A stretch of DNA of 32,000 bases from Candidatus Saccharimonadota bacterium. GTDB taxonomy: Bacteria > Patescibacteriota > Gracilibacteria > UBA4473. Location: the NCBI GenBank assembly GCA_963677105.1, contig OY781871.1, positions 540,001-572,000 on the forward strand, written 5' to 3'. Shown here piece after piece: positions 31,542 to 32,000 of this stretch (position 1 is its first letter; every line of letters begins with the position of its first letter). The notes under the pieces were generated by a model. That model did no database searches. It was not told where the DNA came from and was given only the letters and a program-made list of their open reading frames with translations. A program made the position numbers and the translations under genes.

Positions 31542-32000
31542 ATGAAATTTTCACGAAACTGGCTTCGAGAATTTATTGATATACAAGATATCGATTCACA
31601 AAAAATAGGTGATTCGCTCACGCTTCATACATGTGAATTAGAGGAGATTATTGAGGTTTCACAAAATTTTGATCATGTGTTTGCGGGGAAGTTGCTTGAA
31701 GTAAAATCGCATGAAAATTCGGACAAATTGCATGTCGGAATATTCGATTGTGGGAAAAAAGGGAAAAAACAAATTGTTTTTGGGAATGTATTCGATCTTA
31801 CGGTTGGAGAAATGTATCCTGTAGCATTAGACGGCGCAAAACTCGCTTCAGGAGTTGAAATTGCGAACACAGAAGTGCGAGGTGTGAAATCAGAAGGAAT
31901 GGTTTGTACGTGTTCAGAATTGGGAATGAAACAAGAAACATTGTTGCGATTTAATGAATCAGACACGGGGAAATCATTGCCCGAAATTATTCCAGAATTT
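31542..32000 (+). CDS. pheT: phenylalanine--tRNA ligase beta subunit, N-terminal 153 codons (runs off the window; not in the ORF track)
   Basis: My own translation is MKFSRNWLREFIDIQDIDSQKIGDSLTLHTCELEEIIEV...VFAGKLLEVKSHENSDKLHVGIFDCG...VRGVKSEGMVCTCSELGM. This is the canonical PheT N-terminus plus tRNA-binding OB (B2) domain. The frame is open to position 32000. Confidence 0.85.
   Translation, partial: MKFSRNWLREFIDIQDIDSQKIGDSLTLHTCELEEIIEVSQNFDHVFAGKLLEVKSHENSDKLHVGIFDCGKKGKKQIVFGNVFDLTVGEMYPVALDGAKLASGVEIANTEVRGVKSEGMVCTCSELGMKQETLLRFNESDTGKSLPEIIPEF

Noticed and set aside
1-32000. Search for CRISPR arrays, IS elements, integrases, prophage or toxin-antitoxin modules, including next to the two tRNA genes
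   Set aside because: There are no regularly spaced direct repeats, no transposase or recombinase motifs, and no terminal inverted repeats. The tRNA flanks are ordinary housekeeping genes.

Overview
AT-rich, very compact bacterial chromosome segment that reads correctly with the standard genetic code: TGA ends at least two genes and no long ORF needs recoding. I can support 26 protein-coding genes, 2 tRNAs (Thr-GGU, Asn-GUU), several rho-independent terminators and a set of sigma70-like promoters. One CDS is partial at the window end, and one is a 43-codon ORF absent from the ORF track. Most content is housekeeping: hisS, valS, the 5' part of pheT, radA, comM/yifB, clpC, an Hsp15-like S4 protein, a cold-shock protein, trxB, pgi, rmlB and a PurQ-like amidotransferase. 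There is also an MscS-family channel, a rhomboid protease, an MFP+RND efflux pair and a TrpR/YerC-like regulator. I saw no transposase, integrase, CRISPR array or rRNA. Overlapping convergent genes, almost no Shine-Dalgarno use and a VirD4/TraD-like ATPase with a large uncharacterised N-domain suggest a reduced-genome uncultivated lineage (CPR/Patescibacteria-like), but that is inference only. Six items deserve a second look. (1) A complete histidine-phosphatase (RHG/PGAM-type) domain is inserted in-frame inside the ValRS catalytic core. (2) An ATP-grasp ligase is translationally coupled to one FGase-family amidohydrolase and converges on a second paralog; the two paralog 3' ends overlap antisense in the same codon phase across a quasi-palindrome. 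(3) An untracked 43-aa peptide with 9 cysteines sits just before a strong terminator, downstream of the RND pump. (4) A 99-aa protein upstream of radA has SSB-like architecture: a Pro/Ala linker plus an acidic ...EDLPF tip. (5) A -10 box lies 7-12 nt upstream of the ATG at about ten genes, implying leaderless mRNAs. (6) An orphan VirD4/TraD-like P-loop ATPase.
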